Under the pieces are notes generated by a model, which was not told where the DNA came from, made no database searches, and saw only the letters and a program-made list of their open reading frames with translations. A DNA stretch of 6,450 nucleotides, taken from assembly GCA_951406725.2 (NCBI GenBank), contig CATOCA020000091.1, positions 1-6,450 of the forward strand, written 5' to 3'. The stretch comes from Octopus vulgaris (Eukaryota). The translations under genes were made by a program, and so were the position numbers. Of this stretch, positions 1 through 6,450 are shown one piece after another (positions within the stretch are counted from its first letter, which is position 1; each line of letters opens with the position of its first letter).

Positions 1-1
1 T

Positions 2-526
2 GACTATTGCTCTCAGCTATGGTCACCATCCAGTGTCAAGTTGATCACAGAACTTGAGGCGATCCAACGAAGCTACACAAAGAAGATAGCCTCTATGCAG
101 AATGTAAGCTACTGGGAAAGACTCAAGAGATTAAAATTATACTCCCTGGAGCGTAGGCGGGAAAGATATGCCATAATATACATCTGGAAGATCCTGGAGG
201 GAAGTGTCCTGAACTTTGGCATCGAGAGTTACACAAATGCCAGAACTGGGCGCCACTGCGTGGTGCCTAGGACTCCAAACCTGCCATCAAGATGTAGGAC
301 AAGATTCTGTGATAGCCTGGGCTTCCGAGGCCCACAGCTCTTCAATATCCTCCCGAAGAACCTGAGAGACCTGCATGGGGCGGATACAGATGTCTTTAAA
401 ATGAAGCTGGATCTCTTCCTGTCTGGTGTCCCAGATGAACCAACTTCACGGCAGGAGGGGCAGATGAGGGCAGCTGCATCGAACTCTCTCATGCACCAAA
501 TAGCAGTTGCTAGAAAGCCCCCATGA
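2..526 (+). CDS. Partial ORF2 (C-terminal region after the RT domain) of LINE copy A; 5'-open, so the track start at 41 is not a real start
   Basis: Frame +2 is open from base 2: DYCSQLWSP...[20 protein letters not shown]...GRHC...[14 protein letters not shown]...[16 protein letters not shown], with TGA at 524-526. These are motifs typical of the CR1/L2-group ORF2 C-terminus. Confidence 0.88.
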   Translation, partial: DYCSQLWSPSSVKLITELEAIQRSYTKKIASMQNVSYWERLKRLKLYSLERRRERYAIIYIWKILEGSVLNFGIESYTNARTGRHCVVPRTPNLPSRCRTRFCDSLGFRGPQLFNILPKNLRDLHGADTDVFKMKLDLFLSGVPDEPTSRQEGQMRAAASNSLMHQIAVARKPP

Positions 527-537
527 AGTAAAACCAA

Positions 538-594
538 GTAGCAACACCAAATGGCGGTGCCCCAGCATGGCCACAGCTCATAGGCTGGAACTGG
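538..594 (+). other. Conserved LINE 3'-terminal motif of copy A (probable RT-recognition element)
   Basis: GTAGCAACA (538-546) and GGCGGTGCCCCAGCATGGCC (553-572) recur exactly in copy B (- strand 1113-1121 and 1091-1110). They are followed by a small hairpin, CAGC-TCATAG-GCTG, just before the tail. Confidence 0.7.
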
Positions 595-614
595 AATCAA
601 TCAATCAATCAATC
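595..614 (+). repeat. (AATC)5 3' tail of LINE copy A
   Basis: Five perfect AATC units lie directly after the 3' UTR and directly before the (TA)n array. Confidence 0.9.
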
Positions 615-860
<246 letters not shown>

Positions 861-966
861 ATAAATCTCTAAGCGAGGTATAAACAGTAACTGCTCTGTA
901 TTATAAGCGGGACCAGCCATCTGAATGTGGCTAGGGACAGGGCGGGGTGGTGGGGGTGTTACTGAT

Positions 967-1094
967 GCATTTAGCCCCAGGCGACTATAGACGTCACCAG
1001 GAGAGCCGACACCATCACGGTGTCCTTGCTAGCCTGTAAAGGGAGATCAGCCTCCCGAAGAAACGGATGCTACACACGGACCGGTTTCGAGGCC
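967..1094 (-). ncRNA. Candidate HDV-like (nested double pseudoknot) self-cleaving ribozyme
   Basis: Manual threading gives P1 GGCCUC/GAGGCU with G1-U wobble, P2 GCAU/AUGC, P3 CCG/CGG, pyrimidine L3 UUUCUU, an extended P4, and J4/2 GCUAA directly before P2 3'. L3 is non-consensus (6 nt, no G25 equivalent). Confidence 0.38.
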
Positions 1095-1121
1095 ATGCTG
1101 GGGCACCGCCCTTGTTGCTAC
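1091..1121 (-). other. Conserved LINE 3' motif of copy B
   Basis: The reverse complement reads GTAGCAACAAGGGCGGTGCCCCAGCATGGCC, matching copy A 538-572. It begins 6 nt after the natural ORF2 stop. Confidence 0.75.
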
Positions 1122-1126
1122 CCTCT

Positions 1127-1345
1127 CTAAGTCCAGTTTGCCGTGGCTGGCCACTGATCTAAGAGAGAGTTTGTAGCTGCTGCCCTTAGGTTTCCTTCGT
1201 ACCTTGCAGTGGGTTCATCTGGGATCCCGGAAAGCAGCTTGTCTAGATGTTTTTTGAAAATGTCCACATCCGCATCATGTAGATCTCTTAGTTTTCTTGG
1301 CAGTTTGTTGAACAGCTGAGGGCCCCTGAACCCCAGGCTATTACA
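1127..1345 (-). pseudogene. In-frame continuation of ORF2 (72 codons) beyond the premature TAG at 1346-1348
   Basis: It reads [72 protein letters not shown], colinear with copy A ([35 protein letters not shown]...). The natural stop is TAG at 1127-1129. Confidence 0.88.
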
Positions 1346-4150
1346 CTATCTGCTCCTTACCCTGGATGTGGAAGACGGGACCTTTGGCACCACACAGTGA
1401 CGTCCTGTACGGGGATTGGAACAGCTCTCAATTCCAAAATTTGGTGCTAGTCCCTCCAGGATTTTCCATATGTATATCACTGCATATCTCTCTCGTCTTC
1501 GTTCCAAGGAATACAAATTGAGTTCCCTAAGCCTCTCCCAATAGTTCTTTTCTTTCATGGTGGAAATCCTCTTGGTGAAATGTCTTTGGATTGTCTCAAG
1601 CTCTGTGGTTAGTTTGACACTATGCGGTGACCACAGTTGGGAGCAGTAGTCCAGGCGGCTTAGGACAAATGTCCTCCATAGTGTCAACATGGTCTCGCAG
1701 TCTCTTGTCCGGAATGTCCTCAGGATCCAGCCAGTGAGTCGTCTGCACATTGTTGCCACCTTCGCGATGTGTGAAGAAAAAGATGCATCGTCACTCATGT
1801 CTATCCCCAGGTCCCGTATTGATTTCGATACTGGGATTTCGATCCCTCCTGGACCAGTATAGTTGTGTTGTAATGTATATGTGTTTACAGCTTGATATTG
1901 TAAGGCTTGAAATTTACCAGCATTAAATTGCATGTTGTTGTCTTCAGCCCATTTGTATATGGCATCCAGATCTTGTTGTAAAAGGTCAGCATCAGCTGGG
2001 TTTTTGATTGCCTGTGCTACCTTTGTGTCATCAGCATAGCTAGTGAGGGATGTTGTTTGTGCTACCAAGGGCATGTCAGAGAGCGCCACCAAAAACAGCA
2101 AGGGTCCCAAGACTGTGCCCTGTGGCACCCCGCTTGCTATTGGTGTCTTTCCCGAGAGGGCTCCATTGGCTGCAACCATCTGGCTTCTGTCCTTCAGGAA
2201 GTCATGTATCCACTCACCTACTTTTCCTGTTATGCCGAGTCTGAGTAATTTGTGACATATCACTCCGTGGTCGACTTTGTCAAAGGCCTTCGCAAAGTCG
2301 AGATATACCACATCCACCTGTGAGCGATCCAGTAGTTGTTTCAGTACCCAGTCGTAGTGTTGTAACAGCTGCGTAAGGCAGCTTCTTCCTGGGCGAAAGC
2401 CATGCTGTGTGTCAGTGAGACGGTTAGTTTCTTCGAGGAACGTGATCAGTTTTTTTCTGATGATTCGTTCCATGACCTTAGTTATGTGTGACGTCAGGGA
2501 GACTGGCCTGTAGTTTTTGGCCTCTGCTCTACTCCCTCCTTTGTGGATAGGGCATATGGTGCCTTCTTTTAGCGCCCTGGGCAGTTTACCGTTAGCCAAG
2601 GAACCACTGAAGAGCTTCTTCAGTGGTCCCGCTAGGGCATGCCTGCATGTTTTTAGGAGGACTGCTGGGAATCCATCTGGTCCAGCAGCTGAGTTTATTC
2701 TCATTTCTTCTATGGCAGATATTACATCCCTCTCTGTTATGTCTATGTGGTCGATGGTTGTTGTTTGGTTTTGGAGTGTTGTGGCATCAAAGAAAACTTC
2801 TGGGTTTGTGATTTGCATGTGCCCCAGAGGGGATGTGAACACACTTTTATACTGTTCCTTTAGTATTTCACTTATCCCTTGGGGGTCCTCAGTTAGAGAG
2901 CCCTTTTTATCAAAGAGTGGGCCAATCTTGCAGTGTACCGAGGTGGTTTCTTTCGCAAATTTAAAGAAGGCTTTAGGGTTTGTTTTAATATTCTCTATGG
3001 CCCTGGCTTCTCTCTCTGCCCTCTCCTTCTCATAGGAAAGTTTGAGTGCAGTTTCCGTTTCAAAAAGTTTCAGGTGGAGTCCCTCATTGTTTCTCTGCCG
3101 TGCATTCAGTTGCTTCGAGAGCTTAGCTCTTCGCCTCATAAGTATTTTCCTGTCTCTGGGAATAACGTTCCTATGCCCGCTGGCTTTTTTCTCCGGGACA
3201 AACTTATGGCATATGTTCTGTATTGTTGTCATGAAATGTTGGAAATGTGTGTTGGTGTCTTGTGTGGTGATGAAGTCACTCCAGTCATGTTTTCGGATCT
3301 CTTCGTTTATCTTCTTCCAGTTTGCCTTATAGAAGTTTAGACTGGATAGGCCTGTGGTATTTTCTAATGGCTGCGTCTCAACTAACTCTCTCATACCATA
3401 TATCATTACCTCTACTAAGTTGTGATCTGAGAGAATTGTTGGTGTTACCATTATGTTGTGGATGAGCATCGGGTTGCTTGTGAAACAGAGGTCCAAGACA
3501 TTCTCACCTCTTGTTGGCCAAAGCACTGCTTGCTCCATGAAAAACTTGCGTGTGAGAGCCAACAAGGACTCTGTCTGTCGCTGTTCAAGTGATGTCATTC
3601 CAGGGAGGAGATGGCCATCTGGCCATTTGACTTTCGGAAGGTTAAAATCTCCCAGCAGTAGAATGGTGTTACCCTGGTCCAGTTTGTCCAGGACTTCTTC
3701 TATTCTTCTGAGGCTATCTTCAAACACTCCTTCATGACTAGGGGTGTCTGGTGGCCGATATGTGACACATATTACTATTTTTGGTTGTTTCATGTGTACT
3801 ATCAGTGTGTCACAGACTGAGTTTGAGTGTGTCAACAGTACTATGGGTGTGACGTCTTCACGGACGTACAGGGCAACCCCACCATGAGTTCTTTCCTTCC
3901 TGTCTGACCGAAAAACAGTATACTTTGGTACGTGTATTTCTGCATCTGCTATACTGCTTGACAGGTGCGTTTCAGTCAGCGCTATGCATATTGCATGGTT
4001 GCTTGTGCTTAAGTCCCTAAGGTAAGGAATTTTACTCATATTAGTGGGCTTCACCAGACCTCTGACATTCAGCAGAAGCACTGGTGAGATATTTGGGGTG
4101 TCAATAAAGGCTGACGGTGTGGCACCTGGGCTGATGTCAGCGGTGGCCAC
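1346..4150 (-). CDS. LINE ORF2: apurinic/apyrimidinic-type endonuclease plus reverse transcriptase (934 aa to a premature stop; frame open from 4327; true end at 1127)
   Basis: APE motifs [40 protein letters not shown] and SDH span about 4080-3420. RT motifs are [52 protein letters not shown] and YADD (2027-2038). No RNase H or integrase is seen. Confidence 0.95.
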   Translation of the reverse strand: MATADISPGATPSAFIDTPNISPVLLLNVRGLVKPTNMSKIPYLRDLSTSNHAICIALTETHLSSSIADAEIHVPKYTVFRSDRKERTHGGVALYVREDVTPIVLLTHSNSVCDTLIVHMKQPKIVICVTYRPPDTPSHEGVFEDSLRRIEEVLDKLDQGNTILLLGDFNLPKVKWPDGHLLPGMTSLEQRQTESLLALTRKFFMEQAVLWPTRGENVLDLCFTSNPMLIHNIMVTPTILSDHNLVEVMIYGMRELVETQPLENTTGLSSLNFYKANWKKINEEIRKHDWSDFITTQDTNTHFQHFMTTIQNICHKFVPEKKASGHRNVIPRDRKILMRRRAKLSKQLNARQRNNEGLHLKLFETETALKLSYEKERAEREARAIENIKTNPKAFFKFAKETTSVHCKIGPLFDKKGSLTEDPQGISEILKEQYKSVFTSPLGHMQITNPEVFFDATTLQNQTTTIDHIDITERDVISAIEEMRINSAAGPDGFPAVLLKTCRHALAGPLKKLFSGSLANGKLPRALKEGTICPIHKGGSRAEAKNYRPVSLTSHITKVMERIIRKKLITFLEETNRLTDTQHGFRPGRSCLTQLLQHYDWVLKQLLDRSQVDVVYLDFAKAFDKVDHGVICHKLLRLGITGKVGEWIHDFLKDRSQMVAANGALSGKTPIASGVPQGTVLGPLLFLVALSDMPLVAQTTSLTSYADDTKVAQAIKNPADADLLQQDLDAIYKWAEDNNMQFNAGKFQALQYQAVNTYTLQHNYTGPGGIEIPVSKSIRDLGIDMSDDASFSSHIAKVATMCRRLTGWILRTFRTRDCETMLTLWRTFVLSRLDYCSQLWSPHSVKLTTELETIQRHFTKRISTMKEKNYWERLRELNLYSLERRRERYAVIYIWKILEGLAPNFGIESCSNPRTGRHCVVPKVPSSTSRVRSR

Positions 4151-4482
4151 CCTGGGTCCCTTGATTGTGGTGGTCTTGAGTGCTGTTGTGAGTGCCCCTG
4201 GCTCTGAAGACGATGTATCCAGGACAGTTGTCCCACAATTTCCTCTGCTATTTCCACAAAATTTCTTTGTTCTGCTGCCGCCGTCTGCATTTCCTCTGCA
4301 AATGTGCGCCTTCTCCTTGTTGGGGCATTACGCACTATGTCTGCATATTTCTGGGGCAGCTTGTATTTGTTCTGGTTTTGGTTTCGGTCTTGGTTTTGGT
4401 TAAGGCATTTTGGTCGAGTGGGTTTGATGCAATTTCCATAGGGCCTGGGATGAGCGAACCTGCATCCTTCCCCTGTTTCTCC
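4069..4482 (-). CDS. C-terminal 137 aa of putative LINE ORF1, 5'-truncated at the (TA)n array
   Basis: The frame is open from the element boundary. GEGCRFAHP resembles the C-x3-H end of a CCCH zinc finger. It is followed by an NQ-rich linker, KYADIVR, a basic RRRR patch, a helical-looking AEE..AEE segment and a Q/P/H-rich tail. It overlaps the ORF2 5' end. The N-terminal IYIY in the track is microsatellite. Confidence 0.62.
   Translation of the reverse strand, partial: GETGEGCRFAHPRPYGNCIKPTRPKCLNQNQDRNQNQNKYKLPQKYADIVRNAPTRRRRTFAEEMQTAAAEQRNFVEIAEEIVGQLSWIHRLQSQGHSQQHSRPPQSRDPGWPPLTSAQVPHRQPLLTPQISHQCFC
4258..4264 (-). promoter_or_regulatory. Candidate -1 ribosomal frameshift slippery heptamer A_AAU_UUU joining ORF1 to ORF2
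   Basis: It fits X_XXY_YYZ in the correct phase of the ORF1 frame (aga aat ttt gtg). The -1 frame (aaa ttt tgt gga) is the ORF2 frame, open from here through EN and RT. Confidence 0.48.
4369..4401 (-). repeat. Degenerate (AACCAA)n hexamer repeat encoding [11 protein letters not shown] in ORF1
   Basis: The - strand reads aaccaaaaccaagaccgaaaccaaaaccagaac. Confidence 0.6.

Positions 4483-6450
<1,968 letters not shown>

Larger units (their letters stand above)
1..614 (+). mobile_element. LINE copy A: 3' end of a CR1-group non-LTR retrotransposon (ORF2 C-terminus, 3' UTR, tetranucleotide tail); enters from outside the window
   Basis: Its translation aligns colinearly with the C-terminus of the ORF2 in copy B. 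A short 3' UTR shares an exact 20-mer with copy B and ends in (AATC)5, as expected for CR1/L2-type simple-repeat tails. Confidence 0.93.

Noticed and set aside
229-600. 123-aa minus-strand ORF
   Set aside because: It is an antisense shadow of copy A ORF2 with no recognisable motifs.
962-1063. Possible hammerhead ribozyme (CTGATG at 962-967, GAAA at 1060-1063, + strand)
   Set aside because: The core needs CUGANGA, but here it is CUGAUGC, and I could not build stems I-III.
4238-4299. 11-bp direct repeat ATTTCCTCTGC (4238-4248, 4289-4299) flanking the slippery site
   Set aside because: It is adequately explained by the repeated AEE peptide in ORF1 and is too short to support a separate function.

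Overview
This is eukaryotic (animal) repetitive DNA with no host gene. It holds three copies of a CR1-group non-LTR retrotransposon (APE endonuclease plus reverse transcriptase), separated by two long (TA)n microsatellites. Copy A (+, 1-614) is a 3' end with an (AATC)5 tail. Copy B (-, about 856-4482) is 5'-truncated but keeps the C-terminal part of ORF1, an almost intact ORF2 with one premature TAG, and a 3' region. Copy C (+, about 5539 to beyond 6450) is a 5'-truncated RT fragment whose frame stays open to the window edge. All four visible element ends abut (TA)n. Two candidate RNA-level signals stand out in copy B. First, an in-phase A_AAU_UUU slippery heptamer lies in a 259-nt ORF1/ORF2 overlap, and ORF2 has no usable AUG, suggesting a gag-pol-like -1 frameshift in a LINE. 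Second, an extra ~235-nt module after the family 3' motif can be threaded by eye onto an HDV-like ribozyme fold. Both are predictions from manual reading, not computed or tested. A cephalopod (octopus-like) origin is only a guess from my recollection of the 3' motif.
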